DNA of 64,000 nucleotides from a virus, in the IMG/VR virus record IMGVR_UViG_3300029712_000001; one strand, 5' to 3'. Below are positions 19,139 through 29,331 of this stretch, in pieces (position 1 is the stretch's first letter; each line of letters starts with the position of its first letter). The position numbers were made by a program, and so were the translations under genes. The notes beneath the pieces are model-generated. The model was not told the origin of the DNA. It did not search any database and saw nothing but the letters and a program-made list of their open reading frames with translations.

Positions 19139-19375
19139 ATGAAGTATTTTATTTTATTGATGGCACTTGTGTTATCATCATGTTCGCATGATGATAGTCA
19201 GGTTAATAACGGATGGGTTATATATAATCTACGTCCTTTAGAAGATGGATGTATAATGTATTATGGTGAAGACGAAAGAATTTCAATATTTTATAATAAT
19301 AGGCTTATAAAATTCGTTGGATACCAAGGGGAATACAATATAGGAGATTCTATTAAAATCGTAAAAGTGAAATAA
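19139..19375 (+). CDS. small lipoprotein
   Basis: Signal peptide plus lipobox (LVLSSC). The acidic SHDDSQ after the Cys resembles a Bacteroidota surface-lipoprotein export signal. Confidence 0.6.
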   Translation: MKYFILLMALVLSSCSHDDSQVNNGWVIYNLRPLEDGCIMYYGEDERISIFYNNRLIKFVGYQGEYNIGDSIKIVKVK

Positions 19376-19376
19376 T

Positions 19377-19865
19377 ATGAAAAATAATTTAAAACTCGTA
19401 TGTCCAAAATGTGGCACCCCTCACCAGCCTCATTCTCCGCACACGATGGATGCAGATGGATTTGAAAGGTGTGAGATAAGAACGGTCATGGAAGACAGGG
19501 GATGGTGCTACGAATGCTCTTTTTGGCAAAATATGTACGACAAACACAAAGACGATCCGGGATGGGTTAGGATAGACGGTGAAAGCTGGGTGCTTAAGCC
19601 TATGGTGGAAAACGTACCGAGCGGATGGAACAGCCTTGGATGTGGTGGAAGAAAAATGTATATCAATATCGAAGGGAAAGGCATTGTTGTATCAAATAAC
19701 TGCTGGTGCCAAGGTGATGTTTCGGACGCATTCAAGGATCTGATGCCTGATAATGCTACTTGGGCTACGAAGGAGGAATTTGACAAAGCTCCTGTAGTAG
19801 GACATATCATAGAAGGTATTGGTTTAGTTTTCACAGATAGGGAAGGTCATGAAGTTAATGCTTAG
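19377..19865 (+). CDS. Cys-rich hypothetical protein
   Basis: 162-aa ORF; CPKCG ... CYEC suggests a Zn-binding N-terminus. Confidence 0.55.
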   Translation: MKNNLKLVCPKCGTPHQPHSPHTMDADGFERCEIRTVMEDRGWCYECSFWQNMYDKHKDDPGWVRIDGESWVLKPMVENVPSGWNSLGCGGRKMYINIEGKGIVVSNNCWCQGDVSDAFKDLMPDNATWATKEEFDKAPVVGHIIEGIGLVFTDREGHEVNA

Positions 19866-19908
19866 AAACTTATTTCATGTTCTGCTTATATAAGAAAAGA
19901 TGGTAACT

Positions 19909-19955
19909 ACAACAATCCCCAACCATACAATAGGCGTACGGTTGGGGATTGTTGT
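19909..19955. terminator. bidirectional terminator at the convergence point
   Basis: ACAACAATCCCCAACC (19909-19924) pairs with GGTTGGGGATTGTTGT (19940-19955): a 16-bp perfect stem between the last + gene and the last - gene. Confidence 0.7.
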
Positions 19956-20635
19956 CATATCGTAAAATTAAGTGTTTTTTCTAATATCAGATATTCAGTA
20001 TGAACTTTACTTCCGCCATCATCTATCAAGTCCAAACTAATATAAGCTGTATATGATACATGATGATCACCAGGAGCAAGACGTTTCATTTCTGATAAGA
20101 ACATAGAATTTAAACCTTGGCCAGACCATGATTCTGGATATGGCAAAGGTGTAAAGTCGGCGTCTGTACATCTTACAACCCAAGTAAGATTAGGATCTGC
20201 CCTAACTATTCTATCATGAGGTCCATCAATTACAAGATCTGGCATCTTATATTGGTAACTATCATAATTAAGGACAATAGGATCACCAAAGTTTACACTG
20301 TATATAGCAGCAGGTGGAGTAAAGCTTGTTATTAAAAGGGTTCTATTAATCCTATTGGTTGTTCTTAGCGTAAACTCATCAGGTGCTATCACACTTACTC
20401 CAAATCCATAATAAGGAGAGGTTGTTAAAGCAATAGCAAGAACCACCGAATCCTGTTCAAGCAATTCCTCTGTCGTATCAACCTGACTATCGATCTCTTG
20501 CCTATCTTCCATTGGAACACCGCCTTGGACACTTATGGAATCCAGCCGTTCTTTTTTAGACAGAAAGATAAATTGCCCGCCCTGTGGAATGGTGCCTACT
20601 TTCTTTCCTTCTACGATTACCCCCCCCCTATACAA
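19955..20635 (-). CDS. hypothetical protein (start uncertain)
   Basis: 226-aa ORF from a TTG start; the G9 tract lies in codons 3-5. An internal Met (MEDRQEID) is an alternative start. Confidence 0.55.
   Translation of the reverse strand: MYRGGVIVEGKKVGTIPQGGQFIFLSKKERLDSISVQGGVPMEDRQEIDSQVDTTEELLEQDSVVLAIALTTSPYYGFGVSVIAPDEFTLRTTNRINRTLLITSFTPPAAIYSVNFGDPIVLNYDSYQYKMPDLVIDGPHDRIVRADPNLTWVVRCTDADFTPLPYPESWSGQGLNSMFLSEMKRLAPGDHHVSYTAYISLDLIDDGGSKVHTEYLILEKTLNFTI
20620..20628. repeat. C9/G9 homopolymer tract
   Basis: Nine consecutive C on + (G on -) at the 5' end of ORF 19955..20635; conspicuous in an AT-rich genome. Confidence 0.9.
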
Positions 20636-20695
20636 TTGCTAACTATCTTATACTCATATAGTTTAGCATTATTTTCAAATCTTCTTCTCATAATT

Positions 20696-21313
20696 TCATA
20701 AAATTAATTCGGTAAAGGGGCGGACATAACGTGGATTACTCCTTGTACTTGTATCCAAATGATCCCCTTGGATGTTTATATCATAATACCACGAATAGGT
20801 AGATTGTGTAGATTGAGTGGATGTCCACATTTTATTACTCATTATCGTACCTCCTACCATTAAAAGGCATTCGTTTATTTCATTAGCATACAATGATATC
20901 AAAAAAAACTCTCCGGCGCCACCTACATATCCATTTTGACCATTTTTAAATAAATAGCTATTAGCTTTATTAAAAGCGTAATTTTCATTACTGGTATCAT
21001 ATTCAAGATACGCATTCTGATTTTCACGCCCCCAATAATCCTTTTTAACGGTCTCCATATAAGAACTATTTTGTGCAAATACATTGTCTACTCTTCCATC
21101 CTTACCCCAACGAAATGTGCCAATATATTCGGTGGCTATAACAAAACACACTTTATCTACAAGAGCTATTCCATTGTATAGATCATTGGAATATCCTTTA
21201 TTAGACCAATTTTCTTTTGTATATAATCCTCCATCTACATGTTGGATGTATATGCCTTTATTGATTATAAGCGAGGGATTTACCCCCATCCCTGTTTGAA
21301 ATCTTCGTCTCAT
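20696..21313 (-). CDS. hypothetical protein (DUF1566/Lcl-C-terminal-like, tentative)
   Basis: Start refined to MRRRFQ, because a terminator hairpin lies inside the longer track ORF. A W/Y/G/N-rich beta-type sequence ending RYVRPFTEL recalls DUF1566. Confidence 0.4.
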   Translation of the reverse strand: MRRRFQTGMGVNPSLIINKGIYIQHVDGGLYTKENWSNKGYSNDLYNGIALVDKVCFVIATEYIGTFRWGKDGRVDNVFAQNSSYMETVKKDYWGRENQNAYLEYDTSNENYAFNKANSYLFKNGQNGYVGGAGEFFLISLYANEINECLLMVGGTIMSNKMWTSTQSTQSTYSWYYDINIQGDHLDTSTRSNPRYVRPFTELIL

Positions 21314-21356
21314 GATTTTTGTTTGCAAGATAGCAATAATTGACAACATAAAAGAA

Positions 21357-21390
21357 ACCGGTTCCCTATCATCTCTGACTGAGAACCGGT
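21357..21390 (-). terminator. rho-independent terminator after the 2148-aa gene
   Basis: ACCGGTTC / GAACCGGT 8-bp stem followed on the - strand by TTCTTTTAT. Confidence 0.55.
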
Positions 21391-21527
21391 AAGAAAACAA
21401 TTTCAGAAAAAATTAAACCTACATAATCTTTCAAGTAAGAACAAAAAAACGTACAATCTACTCTTTGACGATGCTAATATAGCATATTGGAATCATACAA
21501 AAACAATGCAAGTCCGATATTCTTCGT

Positions 21528-24500
21528 CTATTTGTAACTAACATCATCGTCTCCTTCCGAATCAGGAGTGGCGCCGATGAAGAACATCATTGACTTGTTG
21601 TTCGTCTGCTGCCACCAATTATAGGCGCGCGCTACGTCTTCCGGCGTCTTGATATTATACCATTGTTTGATAAACGTCTGTTTGGCGAGTTGCCTAAATA
21701 ACTTAAACTCTCCTTTGTATGTACCGGACGTCACCTTATCAAGTGAGTAGTTCCTAAGATCGGTAAGATCCTTAAGTTTCCGTCCCATAACAAACGGGTC
21801 GTTAATGATATCTACCACATTAAGCTCCATAATAAACGGCATCTGTGAAGCTATTTCATTTATGGTTCTGAATCCGACGTAGGATCCGAATTGAGTAAGC
21901 CAACTTTCCTCGTTTTCATCATCATCACGCCATCCGGCAAGAAGCATAGATACGGCTTGCATGATAAGGAACGTGCCGGCATAGACACTGAGACGTTTTA
22001 TATTGGTTTTCTCTACCTCATTCATATTATCTTTATTTTCGTTCCAGGCATCTATGATGTTTTTCATACCAGACTCGGAAGCTAAGCTAAATGTTTTGGC
22101 TATCATATTCTTTAACGTAATTGACAGTCCTTCCTCTTCTTGCATTGTTTGGAAATTGAAGCCACGTCTTTTCCACAGGCGTTGAGCTGCCAGCACCAGC
22201 CAGCCTCGGTGGGCGGTCATGAACCTGGCTATCCAGTTGCGCGATGCGGCAGTTCGGTTTTCTTCATTCAAAGATCCGTTACATATCTGCGACAAGCTAC
22301 GGACTTGATTCCTGGTTATAGCCATCTGGGTTTCAACTTCCTCAACAGTAACACCCGATCCCGGCTTTACAACCACCTTTCCATCCACGACGTCTACCAT
22401 ACTCCATAAAGTGCGATCTTTTAATGCATCCCATTCTCTTTTTATGGTACTCTGTTCTTTATTGCGTTCTTTTTCCATCTTGAAATCTTGGAACGTATAG
22501 AACCGGCCTTTGTAATAACGAACATTGTCCATAGTAGCAATCATAACCTGCGGATCAAGAGGGTAGTTCAGGATTTCCATAAAAGCATACATAGGCGAAC
22601 GCATTAAGGTCCTGGCCACTCTATTATATCCGGCACCATACATACGATTTCGGATATTGAATATCCCCATTCTCTCACCTATGACATATAATTTGCTTTT
22701 CCTATCTATGTCTCCGGTTTCTGCTATACAAGATGGAGCAAGGCGTGAAAATTCAGCCGATGCGTATTTAAGGGAGTCTTTGCTTATATACTGTCCTACG
22801 GCAGATTCCATGATGAGGTTGATATGACCTGTCAGGGCGCCGGTAGCTGCCACAAACGGGGACAGCGCCAGGTTCATGACCGACATAAATCTTTCAACGG
22901 CCATCATTATCCTGGTAAGGTCTACTGTGTATCCACCGATGTTTACCGTCAGTTTTTTGGTGTTCATTCTAATGCCATAATAATGGTCATTGAAGAAGTC
23001 CCTGAACATCTGATATGCTTGGGTTGCTTCAGCTTTCTTCCCGCCTTCAAATTGCTTATTCAGTAACATCTGCTCCAGTCCTTGGGCAAGCTCTATAGAT
23101 TTCTGCTTTTCGTTGTATAATGATGATTGCATCATAAGCATCGAATAAGAGTAACCAAAATCATGAGATACGTCATCTTGGTTCTCTAATTCATATATGT
23201 AGTATTTAGGTATGGACCGAACCCTATCTTCCGGATCATATACCTCACCCTGGCGTGTTTTACCATACAGGGAGTCATCTACGCGGTCAAGACATAAGTC
23301 GGATACGAAGTTCCTGACCGTACTTTTAAGGCTGATACCTAACCCTTCTATACGTTCTATATCTTGTTTGGATATCTGTGGAATAGCATACAGGTTCGGG
23401 CTCTGCTCTTTGTATAGATCAAGGGATTGTCTTTTTATTTCCTTGAGTTTTTGAATCATATTCCACTGCTCTACGTTTTTAGTAGCGACCTCATTACCAT
23501 CAGCATCATATTTGATACCAAAGTCATTGAGATACGATTCATCACGATACAGGCTTTTCTTAGGCATGCGATGACCATACCCATGATCTTTTACATAATC
23601 AGGATTACGACCGCTATTTTCGGCTTCAGATTCAGCCACCCATGCCCTTGCAGGGTCGAAAGACAGGTACGATATGTCCATGCCATAATCTTGGGTGGAT
23701 GTACCGTTTTGTACGTCCTTAACCATCTGCGCCACATCTATCTCACCTCGACCAATTTTGTCGATCATAGCCGCATATCCGGTAGGCGCCATGCGTTTAT
23801 AATACGAAAAGACCTGGCTCCTGGCAAATTCATTAACAATAGCATTAGCTTCTTCTATGCCCGCTTTTATGTCAGCTTCTATACCCTCTTCTCTTGTATT
23901 ATTTAAAAATAAGCTGGCCATCTTAGTATTAACAGCATTCCTGAAATCTCTACCGTCTAATTCTTTGCTTATACCGAGCTTTTCTGACAGGTAGTTGGTT
24001 TCAGATACGGTAAACAGATATCGGTTATCAGCAGCCTTAAACAGCTTATCCCTTAAAGCCTGAATCCTTTTTGCTTTCTTTGCCGTAGTATGACGTTGCA
24101 CAAACTTCCATTCCACTTCCTTGGAGTCAGCAAGAGCATTTAAATAAGACTGATTTACTTCGTTTTCAGCCTTACTGCTTTTAGTAAGGTACTTATCAAT
24201 ATCTTCAAGACCCACCATCTTAGCATAATCTATTAAGATAGCGTAATCAGCTTCAATAGCTTCAGATGCGGCCCTAAAAGCATCTCTTTCAGATGAGGTA
24301 AATGTCGCTTCGTTAATTTCTCCGATATCAGCCACATCTCGGTTGTTTCCGATTATTTCCTTGATAATGGCCTTATTTTTTTCTATATCTTTCACAATCG
24401 AATCCACGTCAGTCGCATCTCTATCACTTGTCGTAGAACTAATGATATCATGCGCCATTTTAAGATACGAAGCCTTGTTATTTGATTCGGTACGTGCCGA

Positions 24501-27500
24501 CTGTTCCGATTCTACATCATTCCAAAACCGATCATTAAATGACAGGTGACCTCCCAACATAAGCGTCTTCAGCGCAGCTTCTCCTCCAGACTCGCTCTGA
24601 ATCGTTCTTAATTTTTGCAAAAACGATTCTGATACGGCATTAGTGGCATTATTTGATTCTTTTCTCCAAACTTCATTTATGGCTTGTATTTCTTTGGCCA
24701 TCTTAAGTTGGTCGCCGGTTTTTTCCACTCTCCTGGTTCCTACATATATGTATTCTGAAGCTGCTTCCTTACGTTGTTTACGAAGCAGTCCTTCTTCTTC
24801 GTAATTGCTGCTTTTAAAATAGGCAACCTCATCAAAATTACCACCGCTATCAATAAAAGGCTGCCTCAATATCCGTTTTTGCCGGGATAGGGCATTAAGG
24901 TATTCTTTGGTTGTTTGAGAAACCGGATACCCTAATTCTTCTTCAGCCTTTTTGTATATGGATTCCATTCTTGTGGCATAACTTTCGCTAAATTCCAGTT
25001 CCGAATTTTCAGCATCCCACTTTTCCATCTGCTCTGTATAGATCTTTTCCTGCTCGATGGTAAAAATATCGGTATTAACCCTATCAGACGATGGTTTGAA
25101 TTTAGCGTTTTCAGTAACCGTATTTCCATCCTTGTCAACTACTTCTCTTTTAAATACGTAATTACGGTTATTGTCAACCACATCACCAATTTCTTGTTCT
25201 GATATCTCTATGTTCATGGCAGTCGCAAACGCTCGCATCTGCGCCAGCTTCTTATTACGATCGTATTTAGCCATATCAAGAGCACTACGAAGGTAATTAG
25301 AAGTTTTGCCGTCTACTTTCTGAAGCAGTTTTTCAAATTCAGATTTGTTAAAACCATGTTTTTTAGCATATGCCAGGAAGTCGGATATGGCGGGCTGGGC
25401 ATTCACCATCGCATTGTAATTGTCTTTGGCAATCATAGCTCCAAGAGCGTTATTGAACGGACTGGAAGAATGCTCTAATATACCAAACCACCTACTTATC
25501 CAAGAAACATCGTGTTGAACCTTGTCGAAAAATTCTTTTACTCTCTTTACCTTATCTGCCGGCACATGAAGTTCGTTCATTAACTTATCAAGCAACGTAC
25601 TTTCATCAAGGTCTTGTACTGATTTAATATCAGACTGAATACCATTGATGTCGGCAATGACGGTATTGATCCTATTTGTATAATCCTGCTTTTCACGTTC
25701 ATCAAATTCGGTACTTCTGTTACGGATATATCCTCGAAGATCGTTCATGATCGGAAGAACCTGATTGTTGATAATATCTACGTTCTTTCGATCATTGGTA
25801 TTGAAATGAAGCTTACCGTCTTTGGTATCACCATGAAGGATAGTATTTACTACGTTGCTTAAGTATCTAACCTGAGCTTCGGCTGTAGAGATCATGCTGT
25901 TCATGGCAGCCGCCATCTCATTCTTGTCTATTTCGGTCTCTACCTTATTTATCTTATCTTCTATAGTCTTAAGCTGAGCAAGGGTCATAGACGTAGTTAC
26001 AGCCCTATCAGAGCTTATCTGACGTAAGTCTCTTAATGTTTTCCTTAATGCCAGGATCTTAGACTCAAGAAACTTGTTCTTGTTCATAGAAGAAAGGGAG
26101 TATAATGTAAAGTCATTATCCTTTAACAGAGAGGTGTCAAATCCTTTATCTATGTCAGTAATGGCAAGATCACGAATGTTTTTAATAACGTTATTCAAAT
26201 CTTGTCTTTGGGTTGATAAAGCTGATTTAAGCCAGCTTACGATTCCAGAGAAAAGCTGCCGGACGCGCCCCAGGAAGGAGGTGGGCTCTACCGGCGCCTG
26301 TGCTGTGCCGGTCTGCATCTCCCTGGCGAGGATCTTTCCAAGAATTTCTCTCCTAACAGCATTATCAAGCTCAGCTCCTTCATATACCTTACCGTATGTA
26401 TTATAATACTGACCTGCATACTGGTTCCACTCTTCCGTACCTTCTACATCTTGCAGAACAGCCTCAACAGCATTCTGATCTCTGTATGCCTCTACAAGGA
26501 AGTGGGCTGTTTCTTCTACTAAATCAGATAAAGTAGCATCTTCACCAACTGCTATTACGTTATTAGCAATATCCGCCAATGCCTTAGCAGAAGGTTCATG
26601 CCCGTATTTGGTTTGGTACTTCTCTATATAGTCGGTCATACCTATGACACTAACGCCAAGAGTTTTCAGTATCTCGACAATAGAATTTCGTTGGTCACGT
26701 TCCTGCCTGCTATAATCTGATACGATCTTAGCTTTAGTATCAGCATAAAGATCGTTGTCCTCTAATATGAATGAAACTACAAGCGCATCAAAATGATCGT
26801 ACTTGGCGTCCAATTCATTGTATCTTCCAGACTTAAGATCGTTCTTTATCTGTTCCCTACTAACCCTTTCCGTTCCTCCGGTGGCGAGTCTCATAGTTAC
26901 CTTACTGTTATCCAACGAGCTTATGGTTATCATACCTTGGTCGTTCATGGAAACATCGGAACCAAAATGATTACGGAGCTCGGTGTATGATAAGGCTGAA
27001 TTGAAAAGTCTAATTTGTCCTGTATGACCTTCTCCTGTAAGATAATAGCTTCTTGTTTCAGGATCGAATATCTTAGATCCTGACAAAAGACCTTTCTTTA
27101 TAAGGTAGTTAATTATACCACCTTTTGTTGATAAAGAAGTAGAAGCAGAAGCGGTCATGACCGGTATAAAAGATTTGGGGTTGTTAAGAACATACTTTCC
27201 AGCTTTGTAAGTAATGTCTGCCACGCCATCCACGGCAGATTCTTGAACGGTGCCTGATAAGAACCCTATTCTAATATCATTCCCGCCAGAGCGAAGAGCT
27301 TCTCCGTAATCTTCAAATAATTGGCTACGATCGTTCATGAAAAACAAACGAGGCTCTCCGGTCTGATACGTTACACCCACAGGATTAGAATCTGTTTCTG
27401 GTAGCTCTTCTGGGCTAAATATCTTAAGACCGTCTTTTATAACCATATAATTAACACCCTTATCCTGTACCATAGATACGGGAGTGAAGTCTGAAGATAT

Positions 27501-27974
27501 GGTATCTTGTAGATACTGCCCGGCGTCTATTCCAGGTCCTTCCGGTACGGAAATACTTGACGGGACCATAGCATCCACCAACATAATATTATCACCCAGA
27601 TTTTGGCTGTAGAATCCAAAGCCCGATTCTTGGATTTCATAAGGTGCATCTGATTTTGACACAAGAACAGGGTTACTCATCTTAGAAGCCTTATCCAGCA
27701 CCCTTTCCCTATAGGCTTCCGGAATAAGATCGATGTTGGATTTCACCTTATTGTAGGCCTGTTTATTAACAGGTACATTCCTTCTCCAGTCGCCAAAAGC
27801 CTTTAAGAACTTATTAGAAAATACGGTTTTAAAAACAGTAGTAGCCCGTTCCCTGTTCTCCATAAGAGGAATAGATGCTATTTTATCAAACAACATAGAC
27901 CTGTCCCCTGATCTGGTAGAGACAGAAACAACTTTCTTTTTATTATCTCTTTTAATAATACACGTTGATACCAT
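21528..27974 (-). CDS. giant virion-associated protein (putative ejection/cargo protein)
   Basis: Uninterrupted 2148-aa ORF in the late arm. Long helical, charged regions and hydrophobic C-terminal segments (LALSPFVAATGALTGHINLIM, VYAGTFLIMQAVSMLLAGW). The N-terminal 60 aa are homologous to the N-terminus of ORF 36898..39156. Confidence 0.6.
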   Translation of the reverse strand: MVSTCIIKRDNKKKVVSVSTRSGDRSMLFDKIASIPLMENRERATTVFKTVFSNKFLKAFGDWRRNVPVNKQAYNKVKSNIDLIPEAYRERVLDKASKMSNPVLVSKSDAPYEIQESGFGFYSQNLGDNIMLVDAMVPSSISVPEGPGIDAGQYLQDTISSDFTPVSMVQDKGVNYMVIKDGLKIFSPEELPETDSNPVGVTYQTGEPRLFFMNDRSQLFEDYGEALRSGGNDIRIGFLSGTVQESAVDGVADITYKAGKYVLNNPKSFIPVMTASASTSLSTKGGIINYLIKKGLLSGSKIFDPETRSYYLTGEGHTGQIRLFNSALSYTELRNHFGSDVSMNDQGMITISSLDNSKVTMRLATGGTERVSREQIKNDLKSGRYNELDAKYDHFDALVVSFILEDNDLYADTKAKIVSDYSRQERDQRNSIVEILKTLGVSVIGMTDYIEKYQTKYGHEPSAKALADIANNVIAVGEDATLSDLVEETAHFLVEAYRDQNAVEAVLQDVEGTEEWNQYAGQYYNTYGKVYEGAELDNAVRREILGKILAREMQTGTAQAPVEPTSFLGRVRQLFSGIVSWLKSALSTQRQDLNNVIKNIRDLAITDIDKGFDTSLLKDNDFTLYSLSSMNKNKFLESKILALRKTLRDLRQISSDRAVTTSMTLAQLKTIEDKINKVETEIDKNEMAAAMNSMISTAEAQVRYLSNVVNTILHGDTKDGKLHFNTNDRKNVDIINNQVLPIMNDLRGYIRNRSTEFDEREKQDYTNRINTVIADINGIQSDIKSVQDLDESTLLDKLMNELHVPADKVKRVKEFFDKVQHDVSWISRWFGILEHSSSPFNNALGAMIAKDNYNAMVNAQPAISDFLAYAKKHGFNKSEFEKLLQKVDGKTSNYLRSALDMAKYDRNKKLAQMRAFATAMNIEISEQEIGDVVDNNRNYVFKREVVDKDGNTVTENAKFKPSSDRVNTDIFTIEQEKIYTEQMEKWDAENSELEFSESYATRMESIYKKAEEELGYPVSQTTKEYLNALSRQKRILRQPFIDSGGNFDEVAYFKSSNYEEEGLLRKQRKEAASEYIYVGTRRVEKTGDQLKMAKEIQAINEVWRKESNNATNAVSESFLQKLRTIQSESGGEAALKTLMLGGHLSFNDRFWNDVESEQSARTESNNKASYLKMAHDIISSTTSDRDATDVDSIVKDIEKNKAIIKEIIGNNRDVADIGEINEATFTSSERDAFRAASEAIEADYAILIDYAKMVGLEDIDKYLTKSSKAENEVNQSYLNALADSKEVEWKFVQRHTTAKKAKRIQALRDKLFKAADNRYLFTVSETNYLSEKLGISKELDGRDFRNAVNTKMASLFLNNTREEGIEADIKAGIEEANAIVNEFARSQVFSYYKRMAPTGYAAMIDKIGRGEIDVAQMVKDVQNGTSTQDYGMDISYLSFDPARAWVAESEAENSGRNPDYVKDHGYGHRMPKKSLYRDESYLNDFGIKYDADGNEVATKNVEQWNMIQKLKEIKRQSLDLYKEQSPNLYAIPQISKQDIERIEGLGISLKSTVRNFVSDLCLDRVDDSLYGKTRQGEVYDPEDRVRSIPKYYIYELENQDDVSHDFGYSYSMLMMQSSLYNEKQKSIELAQGLEQMLLNKQFEGGKKAEATQAYQMFRDFFNDHYYGIRMNTKKLTVNIGGYTVDLTRIMMAVERFMSVMNLALSPFVAATGALTGHINLIMESAVGQYISKDSLKYASAEFSRLAPSCIAETGDIDRKSKLYVIGERMGIFNIRNRMYGAGYNRVARTLMRSPMYAFMEILNYPLDPQVMIATMDNVRYYKGRFYTFQDFKMEKERNKEQSTIKREWDALKDRTLWSMVDVVDGKVVVKPGSGVTVEEVETQMAITRNQVRSLSQICNGSLNEENRTAASRNWIARFMTAHRGWLVLAAQRLWKRRGFNFQTMQEEEGLSITLKNMIAKTFSLASESGMKNIIDAWNENKDNMNEVEKTNIKRLSVYAGTFLIMQAVSMLLAGWRDDDENEESWLTQFGSYVGFRTINEIASQMPFIMELNVVDIINDPFVMGRKLKDLTDLRNYSLDKVTSGTYKGEFKLFRQLAKQTFIKQWYNIKTPEDVARAYNWWQQTNNKSMMFFIGATPDSEGDDDVSYK

Positions 27975-27997
27975 GATAAAACATTTTTGTTATGAGA

Positions 27998-28005
27998 CAA
28001 AGGTA
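27998..28005 (-). promoter_or_regulatory. Bacteroidota-type -7 box (TACCTTTG)
   Basis: TAnnTTTG match on the - strand, about 24 nt upstream of the ATG of the 2148-aa gene and just downstream of a terminator. Confidence 0.4.
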
Positions 28006-28035
28006 GTTAAAAATCAAGCATATCATAAAAAATAA

Positions 28036-28065
28036 AGCCATCTAACTTCTCAGTCTGATGGCTTA
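28036..28065 (-). terminator. rho-independent terminator
   Basis: AAGCCATC / GATGGCTT stem followed on the - strand by TATTTTTTAT. Confidence 0.55.
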
Positions 28066-28116
28066 AAAATGATATGAAAAAAAATTATAATCTGACGAAA
28101 AATCGTCAAGTTCAGC

Positions 28117-28440
28117 TTATATGTAATGCATGTACCCATCTCGGTGTATAAACCTTCCCGATTCAAAGCGCTCAATATCTTCAGGGCAAATAGGGCCCGA
28201 ATCCTCTCTCCTGGCTTCAAACCAAAGCCCCGGCTTACGAAGTCGGCAAGTTATGATATAATTGAAGCAATTGTGCGTAAAATGGAAAACAGATCCTACA
28301 GGGAAATACCTATCAGCTTGAAATACGATTCTTTTTCGTTTAGTATCAAACGTGATATCCCCTACTATCTTAGCCACGTAATAGCTTCTGCCATTTAACG
28401 TTTCATCTGTCTGCGGTATCCAATAATAACCTCTTGCCAT
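28117..28440 (-). CDS. hypothetical protein
   Basis: Start refined to MARGYYW; the longer track ORF overlaps an upstream small ORF. Confidence 0.5.
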   Translation of the reverse strand: MARGYYWIPQTDETLNGRSYYVAKIVGDITFDTKRKRIVFQADRYFPVGSVFHFTHNCFNYIITCRLRKPGLWFEARREDSGPICPEDIERFESGRFIHRDGYMHYI

Positions 28441-28489
28441 GCCACAAATATATAAAAAAAGTCGGACAAGACACATGCCCGACTTTATA

Positions 28490-28660
28490 TTACTTTGATT
28501 CATTTTCAAACCGCTTTATAAGAGAAGCAATATCATCACCACAAATAAACATCATTCGACGTTCTTCTTTTGGTTTATGAGACACTGGAATGGTTTTGTT
28601 TATCTTAATCTGATTTGCCAGACCTCTACCTAAACGAATATCAACTTTTTTACCTTTCAT
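28490..28660 (-). CDS. small hypothetical protein (56 aa, below the track cutoff)
   Basis: MKGKKVDIRLGRGLANQIK...; fills the gap between the neighbouring - strand genes. Confidence 0.3.
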   Translation of the reverse strand: MKGKKVDIRLGRGLANQIKINKTIPVSHKPKEERRMMFICGDDIASLIKRFENESK

Positions 28661-28967
28661 GAATTATTTGTTTAAACAGATCAATTCCATCTATTATAAT
28701 ATGACCGCTTTGCATACGACCATTATTAGGATTGTAAAGAAAGTTGAAACCACTTTCTTTTTCCTGTCTTTCAAAAAAACTGATATCCTTTCCTCTACGG
28801 GCTCTTTCAAAAGCTTTCTTGAACAACTTGCCTCTAAAGGTCTTGACGAGGTTCTTGGTAGCGTTATTGCCGGCTCTTACCATTGCTTTCCTTGCCTGGT
28901 CCTCCGAGACAAAACTGCTTCGGAAAATATACGATGTTGCTGCTTGTATATCTTGCTTGGTGATCAT
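28650..28967 (-). CDS. hypothetical protein
   Basis: 105-aa ORF. Confidence 0.5.
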   Translation of the reverse strand: MITKQDIQAATSYIFRSSFVSEDQARKAMVRAGNNATKNLVKTFRGKLFKKAFERARRGKDISFFERQEKESGFNFLYNPNNGRMQSGHIIIDGIDLFKQIIHER

Positions 28968-29314
28968 ATGACAAACATTTCTTTCAAGATACTGATATTT
29001 ATTGTGTATATCATTTTCATTTCATCTTTATCATATACGTCAAAAAAGGATTTACTTAAGTCCTTTGAATCTTCGCTCAATTGAATTATGCAATTACCAG
29101 TATAAACCTTAAGCTTGTAATTATCGGAATATATATCATGCATGGTTTCAAATGTCTCAATTAAATTTTCAACAAGTGCTCTGTTAAATGAAAAAGATTC
29201 TTTACCATCACCTTTAAATGTGATATGATCTAAATCCCTGTTGTCAAATTCATACTTTAATTGATTGCCGTCCATCATATCATAAAATATTGACTTTCTG
29301 ATTATAAATCCCAT
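28964..29314 (-). CDS. hypothetical protein
   Basis: 116-aa ORF, ATGA-type overlap with the next gene. Confidence 0.5.
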   Translation of the reverse strand: MGFIIRKSIFYDMMDGNQLKYEFDNRDLDHITFKGDGKESFSFNRALVENLIETFETMHDIYSDNYKLKVYTGNCIIQLSEDSKDLSKSFFDVYDKDEMKMIYTINISILKEMFVI

Positions 29315-29331
29315 ATTGTTTTATTTTTTAG

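Noticed and set aside
19955-21400. ORFs 20696..21400 and 19955..20635 share a frame, with the G9 tract between them. This raised a possible frameshift or read-through fusion.
   Set aside because: The 60-nt spacer contains three in-frame stops (TGA, TGA, TAA), so a simple read-through product is impossible. Only the homopolymer itself is reported.
22824-23906. Plus-strand ORFs inside the 2148-aa gene. Similar antisense or nested ORFs occur at 9066..9269, 32547..33107, 33766..34341, 34331..34840, 40564..40959, 49745..50308, 52753..53229 and 57543..57968.
   Set aside because: All are antisense or out of frame within much longer, motif-supported ORFs. They have low-complexity or Ser/Leu/Phe-rich translations typical of shadow ORFs, and no independent start signals were seen.
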